From Candidatus Micrarchaeota archaeon (GTDB lineage: Archaea; Micrarchaeota; Micrarchaeia; Anstonellales; Anstonellaceae): 40,944 bases of DNA. How positions within the stretch are numbered: the stretch's first letter is position 1; every line of letters starts with the position of its first letter. The DNA is taken from assembly GCA_043810635.1 (NCBI GenBank), contig JBDRNY010000032.1, positions 1 through 40,944 of the forward strand. Direction: 5' to 3'. Below the pieces are notes generated by a model. It was not told the DNA's origin. It was given only the letters and a program-made list of their open reading frames with translations, and searched no databases. The translations under genes and the position numbers were made by a program. This document shows, in pieces, positions 27,694 through 35,751 of the stretch.

Positions 27694-28191
27694 ATGAAGA
27701 CCCCTATATGCAAAAATTGTGCTTGGGAGGGGCAGCTATGCCTTTCATGCCAGCAAAAGCTTGAAAAAAATTCAATTTCCCAATTAGATGTGGAAGTATC
27801 CAAAATACTTTACAAAATAAACGAAACCCATAATATTACAGAAGCCTCTTTTTCAAAAGCACTGGATTTCGGGAATGTTGTGGTATTGCTTACCGAAGGG
27901 GAGGCGGGCATACTTATAGGCAAGAGCGGAAAAGTGGTATCTGCCATTTCCTCCGCATTGGGGAGAAAAGTAAGAATTGTAAAATATTCCGGGGATTTTA
28001 AGCGCTCAATACAGGATATGCTTGCGCCCGCCCGCTTATTAGGAATAAACACTTCCTGGAGCGGGGGAGAGGAGAAAATGAAGGTGCGCCTCCCTGCTTC
28101 TGACAAGGAAAAGCTTTATGTTGATGAATCCACCTTACGTTCAGTAATAAAAACATGGATGGGAAAAGATGTTGATATAATATTTGAATAA
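27694..28191 (+). CDS. NusA-like KH-domain protein with N-terminal Cys4 motif
   Basis: MKTPICKNC...LCLSC, LIGKSGKVV..LGRKVRIV, LAPARLLGIN. Confidence 0.8.
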   Translation: MKTPICKNCAWEGQLCLSCQQKLEKNSISQLDVEVSKILYKINETHNITEASFSKALDFGNVVVLLTEGEAGILIGKSGKVVSAISSALGRKVRIVKYSGDFKRSIQDMLAPARLLGINTSWSGGEEKMKVRLPASDKEKLYVDESTLRSVIKTWMGKDVDIIFE

Positions 28192-28206
28192 TCTGCCGGT
28201 GTTGCT

Positions 28207-29499
28207 ATGATTCGCACTCATTATATAGAAGATGCAAAATCCAAAACAGGAAAAAAAGTAAAAATTGCGGGCTGGGCCCATGAAGTAAGGGATTTGGGCA
28301 AAATAAGATTTATCATGCTGCGCGACAAAACCGGCATGCTGCAAATATTTGCAAAAAAAGGGGAAGTGGATGATGAAGTATATGATGAAATGGCCCCCCC
28401 AAAAGAAACTGTTTTGGCTGCAGAAGGAGAAATAGTAAAATCAAAAATTGCAATGGGCGGAGTGGAATTAATACCAGAAAAAATTGAAGTGTTAAGCGAG
28501 CTTTCGGCAAAAGTTCCTTTTGACATTACAGAAAAAATACCCGCAGAATTAGACGTACGCTTAGACCACAGGTATGTTGACATGCGCCTTCCTTCTGTAA
28601 ATGCAATTTTCAAAATAAAATCCCATGTTGCCCATTCCTTCCGAAACTCCCTCTTTTCCCAGGGATTTGATGAAATCCACCCCACCTGTATTGTAAAAGC
28701 CGCAACAGAAGGGGGGGCGGAATTGTTTGAAGTAAATTATTTTGAAAAAAAGGCATTTCTTGCCCAATCCCCCCAATTATACAAGCAAATGGCAATTATA
28801 GGGGGAATGGACAAAGTGTTTATGACATACCCCGTATTTCGCGCAGAAAAGCACAACACCCTCACCCATCTGAATGAAGTATTGCAAATGGATGTTGAAA
28901 TAGGGTTTGCAGATGACAATGATGCTCTTGATGTATTGGAAAAAACATTTATTGACATCCTCAAGCATGTAAATAAAAACTGCAGGCAGGAATTGGAAAT
29001 TCTCAACTCCCCCCTGAAAATTCCCTCCAAAATTCAAAGATATGAATATACAGAATTAATTGACAAATTAAATTCCGAGGGAATGGAAATTAAATGGGGG
29101 GAAGATTTTGGAAGAGAGCATGAGGCAAAATTAAATGAAATATTGAAAAGCGAAGCATACATAGTCACCCGCTGGCCCACCAAAATCCGCGCCTTTTATT
29201 CAATGCCATTAGAAGATAATCCTGAAATTTGCAAAGCATATGATTTTATTTACAAAGGATTGGAAATTTCTTCAGGCGCCCAGCGAATTCACATACCAGA
29301 ATTATTGGAAAAGCAATTAAAATTCCACAACTGCAACCCGGAAGATTTCAAATTTTACACAGATGCATTCAGGGTAGGCGCACCCCCCCATGCAGGCTGG
29401 TCAATCGGAATTGAAAGACTGGTTATGAAAATCTGTAATTTGCGCAATATTAGGGAAGCAACCCTATTCCCCCGAGACAGGCATAGAATAAGCCCTTAA
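28207..29499 (+). CDS. aspS: Aspartate--tRNA ligase, archaeal type (probably non-discriminating)
   Basis: GWAHEVRDLG, ATEGGAELF, LAQSPQLYKQ, FRAE, EISSGAQRIH, PPHAGWSIGIER, FPRD. Confidence 0.96.
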   Translation: MIRTHYIEDAKSKTGKKVKIAGWAHEVRDLGKIRFIMLRDKTGMLQIFAKKGEVDDEVYDEMAPPKETVLAAEGEIVKSKIAMGGVELIPEKIEVLSELSAKVPFDITEKIPAELDVRLDHRYVDMRLPSVNAIFKIKSHVAHSFRNSLFSQGFDEIHPTCIVKAATEGGAELFEVNYFEKKAFLAQSPQLYKQMAIIGGMDKVFMTYPVFRAEKHNTLTHLNEVLQMDVEIGFADDNDALDVLEKTFIDILKHVNKNCRQELEILNSPLKIPSKIQRYEYTELIDKLNSEGMEIKWGEDFGREHEAKLNEILKSEAYIVTRWPTKIRAFYSMPLEDNPEICKAYDFIYKGLEISSGAQRIHIPELLEKQLKFHNCNPEDFKFYTDAFRVGAPPHAGWSIGIERLVMKICNLRNIREATLFPRDRHRISP

Positions 29500-29500
29500 T

Positions 29501-29929
29501 TCAGCCCTTAAACAAATTATCAATGCATTTCATGCTGCTTATTGCATATAATTGAATTATTATCATAATTATTGCAATAACAGGCGCATATTCTGTAAAA
29601 AAATTAAACATAATTGCAGGCATCAGCACAGAAATAATTCCAACACCCGCCGCAGTGCATGCAAACCCAACAGTGCATGCATTTAATGCAGCCAAGCCGA
29701 GTATTGATGCAATTGCACTCAATATTCCATGCCCATGCGCAGCTTTCACTTTTTCCTTAATCATTTTTATTACACATGTTGCAGAAGCCGCAAACAACGG
29801 GAGAAATACTATTACAAGCAAGGGGTAGGATATGTATACTTGCGCCGGCACCAATATTGCCCCGATTATTAATGAAATAATAAATGCCAGCTTTGGGTAA
29901 TTTTTCTTAATTAATTTCAAAATATCCAT
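29501..29929 (-). CDS. Hypothetical multi-pass membrane protein
   Basis: Four to five hydrophobic segments and an intramembrane C-x5-C (ACTVGFAC); start chosen at MDILK. Confidence 0.7.
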   Translation of the reverse strand: MDILKLIKKNYPKLAFIISLIIGAILVPAQVYISYPLLVIVFLPLFAASATCVIKMIKEKVKAAHGHGILSAIASILGLAALNACTVGFACTAAGVGIISVLMPAIMFNFFTEYAPVIAIIMIIIQLYAISSMKCIDNLFKG

Positions 29930-30046
29930 TTTCTTTTTCTCCCTCCCAACCCTCTTAAATCCTTGTCCAAACCACTGGAAACCCTGGAAAGTTACCCCCT
30001 CCAAACCTCTTTATAAGTGCCCTGTCTTTTTTTTACGGGTGGGAAT

Positions 30047-30334
30047 ATGAATATAAAATTGTTAAAATACCATGTATTGCGATGCCCGAAATGCGGGCAT
30101 ATGCGCACCAGCACTACAAGAAAAAAAACAAGGTGCATAAAATGCGCCCACGGATGGGAAATATCGCACGCAGGCGGCACATTCGGAGTACTGGCTTCGT
30201 TCTACACTCCTGCGCAGGCAGTGGAATATGTGCAAAAATTCAAGGAATTAAGGGAAGAGCATTTGTATGGCAAGCCTGAAATAAAAACAGCTTCTGCTTT
30301 GCTTGAAATATCTGAAGAAAGCGCCAATATTTGA
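30047..30334 (+). CDS. Small zinc-ribbon protein (DUF1922-like)
   Basis: YHVLRCPKCG..KTRCIKC followed by a helix. Confidence 0.6.
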   Translation: MNIKLLKYHVLRCPKCGHMRTSTTRKKTRCIKCAHGWEISHAGGTFGVLASFYTPAQAVEYVQKFKELREEHLYGKPEIKTASALLEISEESANI

Positions 30335-30616
30335 TTATTTTATATATTCTTTTAATATTCTTCTTTTATTTTCCCCGCTTGCCTCATAATACACATCCAT
30401 CATAGATATTATAGTATATATTAATGGAAGAAAATATATTGGAAAGCACATTCCAAAGCTTCCAAATGCAATTACCATTGTAACAATAAATATCAGCACA
30501 AAACCCAGAAAATAGCTACCAGCCCTCCTGCTTCCAATAAACCAGTGCCCCGCTCCCGGTAGTATCAAATTCAATATTGCCGCAATAATAATTTTGCTCT
30601 GGTCTTTTTCCGCCAT
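30335..30616 (-). CDS. Small membrane protein (TM2-like), paralog 1
   Basis: IAAILNLILPGAGHWFIG; ends KRRILKEYIK. Confidence 0.75.
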   Translation of the reverse strand: MAEKDQSKIIIAAILNLILPGAGHWFIGSRRAGSYFLGFVLIFIVTMVIAFGSFGMCFPIYFLPLIYTIISMMDVYYEASGENKRRILKEYIK

Positions 30617-30660
30617 ATCCTAACCCATTGAATAAAAAATAAAATTAAAAAAATAAAAAA

Positions 30661-30936
30661 TTATTTAATATACTCTTTAAGCAGCCTCTTTTCAGGCTGG
30701 CCCATTGCCTCAAAGTATACGTCGTACGCTGCAACCAAATTCCATATGCCAGGCAATATGTATGCAGGCGCACATATGAAAAAGCTTACAAACACAACTA
30801 TGCTTGCCGCTATCCACAGAACTATCCACACCGCAAAATAATGCAATGCATATTTGCTTTTTATGAAATAATTCCCAAGCCCGGGAATTATTATATTTAA
30901 TATTGCTGCAATAATTGGTTTGTCATCTTTTCCCAT
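30661..30936 (-). CDS. Small membrane protein (TM2-like), paralog 2
   Basis: IAAILNIIIPGLGNYFI; ends KRLLKEYIK; GGTGA RBS. Confidence 0.75.
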   Translation of the reverse strand: MGKDDKPIIAAILNIIIPGLGNYFIKSKYALHYFAVWIVLWIAASIVVFVSFFICAPAYILPGIWNLVAAYDVYFEAMGQPEKRLLKEYIK

Positions 30937-31025
30937 AAACACTTCACCTAAAATAGAAGAAGGAATAAAGAATATAAACCTATTTTCATGTGAAAAAGTG
31001 TTATTTTATAGAAAAGAAAAAGGAA

Positions 31026-33029
31026 TTACTTAATCTTTTTAAGCTCTTTCTGCGCTTTCACAGCTTCTCCAAGCACTTCCTGGAACATGTTCATTCTGCC
31101 GTCATGCTGTGCCCCTTTTCTCTCGTTGATATACAGTGTATTATTCAGAAAGTAGTCACTGCCATCTTTTTTTCCTATAAAATAAATTATCGGGTTTCTC
31201 GCATCATTAACTCCTATAATAAACCTGTATCTTATCGTTTCTGCAAAGGCAATGCGCACCATGCTAAAATCATCTGAAGCATTGCACAGGGGGGACTCTA
31301 GCTTGCATCTGACCTTTCCCATCTTGGCAACTATGCTTTTGAATGTGAGCTTTCCCCCGTTCTTGATATAAATACTGGCCAGGATTTTAATCCTATACGC
31401 AAATCTCTCCTTATATTTGAGGTTTTCTATTTTGCAAAAGCCTGAATACGCTTCATGGTCCCATATATGCTCCACTAGTTTGTCTATGCTTTTGCCAATA
31501 ACTTCTTTGTACATTTTAATTTTTTCTTCATCTGTCATTTCCTCAGTTTGCGGAATATATGGAATATAACTCTTTTTCTCTTTTCTCCTTAATTCTCTCA
31601 TATCTTTTTTCGGCGAATCCCTAATATGTTCCCATAACTTATTCTCCCTCTTGTGGATATTTTCAAGGACTTTATTTAGCTCACATTCAACCGTTTCCCT
31701 TACACTGACCACCGCCCTGATTTTTATTTCATTTCTTTCAGCTTTTCCCTTTGCTTTCTCAGTTTCCTCCTTCCGTATCTTCACTCTATCTTCGCTGTTT
31801 CTCACCTCTTTCTGCAGTTTTGCAAGTTCTGAAGATAGGGCGATTTCCTTCTTCATGGAAAAAAACATATCTGAATAAATTGTTGCAATATACCTGATTT
31901 GCTCTATTATTTTCTCCTGTGCCTCCAGATTCTGCGTAAGCGCATCTATAATATCCTTCAGCTCCTGCTTGCCTTTCGTTAATCTATTTTTGATATCCTT
32001 CAGAGGTGACTTAAGTATCTTAAGCCATCGCTCCTTTGCGCTGAAAACGTATTTTGTATACTCCTTATAATCTTTCAGCAATTTTGTTAAGCTTGAAATA
32101 GCTCCCTCCTGCATATTTTTTATATTTTCCAAAGGCTCAATAGAAACAGCAAGGTATTTACTGCAAATTTCATTTTGTATCTCAATTATCCTGCCTACAG
32201 ATTTTTCCGAGATAGCTGAAACAAGCCTAAGCGCATCCTGGACATCCTTGGGTTTTTGCGTTAGCCATTCGACATCAATGTGTTCATTTTTTATTGACAT
32301 CTGCATGCTGTCAGGCAGTTTTTTTATGTTCTCCAAAGCAGGCTCCAGAATATCTTTCCATTCTGCAGTGTTACTATTGAATAATTTATAGTATTCCTCC
32401 ATAATTTGTCTAGGGTCTGCTGCAATTTCATCCTTCTCCCCTTTTGCCCAAGGTTTATTTGCGCACAGTTCCCTTACCCGCTGGGAATTTGGTTCAAATC
32501 CCATCTCCTTGCACATATTGAAATTTCCCATGGATGCCTTAAGATCCACGCTATCTAGGGAGTGCTGTGTTATGCTTTTTTCAAAGTTGCTAGAGATAAG
32601 TTCTGTCGCCTTTTTTATTTTCCTTTCCCCACCTTTTCTTGTATCTACGCAGTTGCATATATTGTTGAATGTTCTTCTTAGTTTCTTTTGTGCTTCTGCT
32701 AATTCTTCCCCAGCAGTATTCAGGGTTTCATTCTTTTTTCTGAAATCATTTTGTGAGAGTTTCAGATTTTTTTTCAGCTTTTCTTCCACTTCTTTTAGGT
32801 AACTGACGCTTGCCTCAAGCAGGGCAAGCTTCGGGTTTTTGGTATGGTTTGTATAATGCCTTTTTTCGTTTTCTGGGTAGATGCTCTCTTCTGCAAGCTT
32901 TCGGTTCCTGAATTCAGAAATATAATTTCTCGGCACTGTCATAATCCGCTTTTCCCGCCCGTTTTCCTGCTGGCATGTTATGCGCACAGGCTTTTGGCTG
33001 GCAGTGTATGTTCCCATGTTATCATTCAT
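31026..33029 (-). CDS. Large coiled-coil protein with possible C-terminal RelE/ParE-like domain
   Basis: 667-aa K/E-rich heptad region; tail EHIWDHEA..F.KI...ERF..RI..L...KLE...MVRI..YRFII..IIYFIGKK follows the RelE pattern. Confidence 0.6.
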   Translation of the reverse strand: MNDNMGTYTASQKPVRITCQQENGREKRIMTVPRNYISEFRNRKLAEESIYPENEKRHYTNHTKNPKLALLEASVSYLKEVEEKLKKNLKLSQNDFRKKNETLNTAGEELAEAQKKLRRTFNNICNCVDTRKGGERKIKKATELISSNFEKSITQHSLDSVDLKASMGNFNMCKEMGFEPNSQRVRELCANKPWAKGEKDEIAADPRQIMEEYYKLFNSNTAEWKDILEPALENIKKLPDSMQMSIKNEHIDVEWLTQKPKDVQDALRLVSAISEKSVGRIIEIQNEICSKYLAVSIEPLENIKNMQEGAISSLTKLLKDYKEYTKYVFSAKERWLKILKSPLKDIKNRLTKGKQELKDIIDALTQNLEAQEKIIEQIRYIATIYSDMFFSMKKEIALSSELAKLQKEVRNSEDRVKIRKEETEKAKGKAERNEIKIRAVVSVRETVECELNKVLENIHKRENKLWEHIRDSPKKDMRELRRKEKKSYIPYIPQTEEMTDEEKIKMYKEVIGKSIDKLVEHIWDHEAYSGFCKIENLKYKERFAYRIKILASIYIKNGGKLTFKSIVAKMGKVRCKLESPLCNASDDFSMVRIAFAETIRYRFIIGVNDARNPIIYFIGKKDGSDYFLNNTLYINERKGAQHDGRMNMFQEVLGEAVKAQKELKKIK

Positions 33030-33064
33030 GTATATATATGTATAAAAGACTTAGTATTGGATTT

Positions 33065-33484
33065 TTAGAGGCGAATAATCTTCCCTTCCAGCAGTTTTGT
33101 TCCAAGCAATATTATTCTCTTCCCATCAATTTTCCTACTCTCTTCTTCATACTCTTTTTTCATATCCAGCACAATATCAAAAAGAAAATTGTTTGTCAAT
33201 ATAATTGATATCTGCCCAGCTGAATATCCTTCCTTTCTCAGCCCTGCAATTATTTTATTCAGCTTTTGATGCACTTTTGTATGCTCTTTCTCCTGCAAAG
33301 GGAGCAAATTTTCAGGTTCCTCCCCTCCCCCTAATTCAAGAGGCCTGATGTGGTGAAAATGAAGCATTTTGGCATTCCCGCCCACCGGCTCCCATCCAGA
33401 TATATAGCATCTGCAGCCCCATATTTTTACTGCATTGTTTGCTTTAGATTCTGAAATAGCATGATTGTGTTTATGTTGTCGCAT
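33065..33484 (-). CDS. HNH endonuclease family protein
   Basis: CYISG...LHFHHIRPLELGG.EEPENLLPL...EH..VH. Confidence 0.8.
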   Translation of the reverse strand: MRQHKHNHAISESKANNAVKIWGCRCYISGWEPVGGNAKMLHFHHIRPLELGGGEEPENLLPLQEKEHTKVHQKLNKIIAGLRKEGYSAGQISIILTNNFLFDIVLDMKKEYEEESRKIDGKRIILLGTKLLEGKIIRL

Positions 33485-33619
33485 AAGTTAATTTATGTTT
33501 TAACCCTTTTAATATTATGTAATAGCGAAACGCTCCCAGAGGGATTTGAGTTGCATTCTGCGGGTTTTTGGAAGCATATTATTAATAAACAAGCTTTACT
33601 ATCATCATTTGGTGCAAGC

Positions 33620-33823
33620 ATGGCTGAGGTTATTTTAAGCATTTTGATAAGCAAGGAAGATGATTTGTATGTTATTACTGACAAGAAGTTTAGCATAACA
33701 AGCCAGGGAAAATCTGTCAGCGAGGCAATTAAGAATTTTTATGGTGCCTTTGAGAGTTGCTATACTGACCCCGACTGGAGAAAAATTCACAGTATGCCTG
33801 CAAAAAAGCCACAGATGCCATAG
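33620..33823 (+). CDS. Orphan HicB-like protein
   Basis: ISKEDDLYVI..ITSQGKSVSEAIKNF..AFE; ATG 33620 after GGTG; no intact hicA adjacent. Confidence 0.65.
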   Translation: MAEVILSILISKEDDLYVITDKKFSITSQGKSVSEAIKNFYGAFESCYTDPDWRKIHSMPAKKPQMP

Positions 33824-33891
33824 AAACAGCCAAAAAATACCGTTTTAATGACATCAAACAGAAGAAAAACTCAATTCCTGCACACAATATT

Positions 33892-33931
33892 TACCGATAT
33901 ATCGGTAGCTTTTAACCAATAGTTACCGATA
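33892..33931. promoter_or_regulatory. Operator-like palindrome plus extra half-site
   Basis: Perfect 16-bp TACCGATATATCGGTA (33892-33907); TTACCGATA repeated at 33923-33931; just upstream of TATA-like CTTTAAAAA. Confidence 0.55.
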
Positions 33932-33956
33932 AAACAGCAACCTTTAAAAATACCAG

Positions 33957-35291
33957 GTGTTAAATCCAATTATGAGTTTGCTGACTAAAGATATAATTCT
34001 AGAAGTTTTATACGAATGGAATGACTGGAAAAAAGAAACAAAAACAGGAATAAAAAGAAATTCATACCTAAATCAGATTAAGAGAAAAATCTCAGTCGGG
34101 GAGGTATTAATAGTCAAAGGAGTCAGAAGATGTGGCAAATCCACAATCACAAAGCAATTTGTTGAAGAAAAAGGGAACCCAAAGAACACACTTGTAATAA
34201 ATTTTGAAGATACAAGATTAAGCAATATAACTCATGAAGATTTAGCCCGCATCTATGAAATATATCAATCTGAGATACAGCCTAAGTCAAAACCTCTAAT
34301 TGTGCTTGATGAAGTTCAGAATGTGAAAAATTGGGAAAAATTTGTAAGGCATTTTCATGAAAAGGGAAAAGCAGATATTATTGTTACAGGTTCATCTTCA
34401 AAATTGCTCTCTGGAGAATATTCAACTTTGCTAACAGGCAGGCATCTTGACCTCACGATGTTTCCTCTTAGTTTTTATGAATTTTTATCATTCAAAGGGC
34501 TCATAATCAATTCAAAGAAGCATATGCTCGAGAATAAATCAAAAATAGCAAAACTCTTGAGAGAATATCTGGAGTTTGGGGGGTTTCCCAAACCGACTCT
34601 AATCAAAGAGCTTGACCTTAGCAAAGAACTTCTGAGGTCTTATTATAGCGATATACTGCATAAAGACATTGAGATGAGACATTCGATTAGCGAATCAAAA
34701 AAACTTGATGAACTTGCAAGATATTATTTTACCAACAATGCCAGAAAAATGAGTTTTAACAAAGCAAAGAACATAGTTAAGCTAAGCCTGGACAGCGTTG
34801 AGAGATTTTCATCTTACATGGAAGATGCATATCTTTTGTTTTTTGTGCCATTGTTTTCATATTCAAAAAAAGTCCAGACAGTAAATCCGAGAAAGGTTTA
34901 TCCTGTTGATACTGGTTTAAGAAATACTGTCTGTTTTCGTTTTAGCAAAGATTTTGGCTGGAATGCAGAATCAGCGGTTTTTCTCCAATTAAAAAGGGGC
35001 GGATACGAAGCATTCTATTATTCTGATAGTAAAGGGGAATGTGATCTAATTGCAGCAAAAGAAGATGAAAAGATTGCAATACAAGTTAGTTGGGAATTAA
35101 CTGATAAAAAAAGAGAAATTCAGGGGCTTATTTTAGGAATGAAAAAGATTAATGCAAATGAGGGCTGGCTTATTACTGAAGATTTGGAAGAGGATGTTAA
35201 GATTGATGCTTGTACTGTTCATATACTCCCTCTTTGGAAATGGTTGTTGAAAAGTGAATTGCAATACTCAAGAACTTTCCAAAAAAAGTAA
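33957..35291 (+). CDS. AAA+ ATPase (AAA_14) with DUF4143 / PD-(D/E)xK-like C-terminus
   Basis: GVRRCGKST, LDEVQNV..WE, VTGSSSKLL, LTGRH, FGGFP, RKVYPVDTG, ECDLI..IQVS. Confidence 0.9.
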   Translation: MLNPIMSLLTKDIILEVLYEWNDWKKETKTGIKRNSYLNQIKRKISVGEVLIVKGVRRCGKSTITKQFVEEKGNPKNTLVINFEDTRLSNITHEDLARIYEIYQSEIQPKSKPLIVLDEVQNVKNWEKFVRHFHEKGKADIIVTGSSSKLLSGEYSTLLTGRHLDLTMFPLSFYEFLSFKGLIINSKKHMLENKSKIAKLLREYLEFGGFPKPTLIKELDLSKELLRSYYSDILHKDIEMRHSISESKKLDELARYYFTNNARKMSFNKAKNIVKLSLDSVERFSSYMEDAYLLFFVPLFSYSKKVQTVNPRKVYPVDTGLRNTVCFRFSKDFGWNAESAVFLQLKRGGYEAFYYSDSKGECDLIAAKEDEKIAIQVSWELTDKKREIQGLILGMKKINANEGWLITEDLEEDVKIDACTVHILPLWKWLLKSELQYSRTFQKK

Positions 35292-35312
35292 GAGCACAGC
35301 GATTTGTTGAAT

Positions 35313-35430
35313 CGCTCCCAACGGGATTTGAACCCGTCTTTTAGCCTCACTCTGGCCGAAGAAAACACCAACTTGGTTTTTTCCGCACCGTGAGAGGGCT
35401 ATGTCCTTAACCGGGCTAGACGATGGGAGC
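35313..35430 (-). tRNA. tRNA-Glu(CUC) with 43-nt intron at 37/38 (35348-35390)
   Basis: Acceptor GCTCCCA/TGGGAGC, anticodon stem TAGCC/GGCTA, T arm ACGGG-TTCAAAT-CCCGT; BHB central helix CTCT/AGAG; mature 75 nt. Confidence 0.92.
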
Positions 35431-35475
35431 TAGCAAAGTATATTCTGTTTCACTTGTTTTTATTTCATTCCCTCA

Positions 35476-35548
35476 TGGGCTCGCAGGGAATCGAACCCCG
35501 AATCTCCACTGTGTGAGAGTGGCGTCTTAACCATTCGACTACGAGCCC
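35476..35548 (-). tRNA. tRNA-Val(CAC), intronless
   Basis: Acceptor GGGCTCG/CGAGCCC, anticodon arm CCACT-CTCACAC-AGTGG, T arm CGGGG-TTCGATT-CCCTG; 73 nt. Confidence 0.95.
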
Positions 35549-35583
35549 AGCAAGAATATCTTGCTCGGTTGGGATTAAAATAA

Positions 35584-35671
35584 TGTGTGAGAGCGGCGTG
35601 TCCATCAACCCGCAAGGGTTGGTGGGGCGGCGGTGCAAAGCACCGGCGGATAACCGTTCCACCACAGGCCC
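35584..35671 (-). pseudogene. 5' half of a second, divergent tRNA-Val(CAC) with a ~49-bp hairpin insert in the D arm
   Basis: GGGCCTG-TG-GTGG-AACGGTTA-T[insert]CAC-G-CCGCT-CTCACAC-A, then similarity stops. No matching 3' half was seen in the window. Confidence 0.78.
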
Positions 35672-35751
35672 AAAATAAATATGTTTTTGCGCTACAATAT
35701 TTAAACGGGCATTGTCAATATTTGACAGTTTCCTACCCCTAGCCAAAACGA

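Noticed and set aside
28207..28500. Firm call of AspRS as discriminating or non-discriminating
   Set aside because: His in GWAHE suggests non-discriminating, but the usual Pro in the KAPGG loop reads IAMGG; this cannot be settled without the rest of the genome (asnS, gatCAB).
33065..33484. HNH gene as an intron- or intein-encoded homing endonuclease
   Set aside because: It is free-standing, with no interrupted host gene or splice motifs around it.
33824..33915. HicA remnant (..KKNSIPAHN) after the orphan hicB
   Set aside because: Only an IPxH tetrapeptide, with no GSH motif or start codon; compatible with chance.
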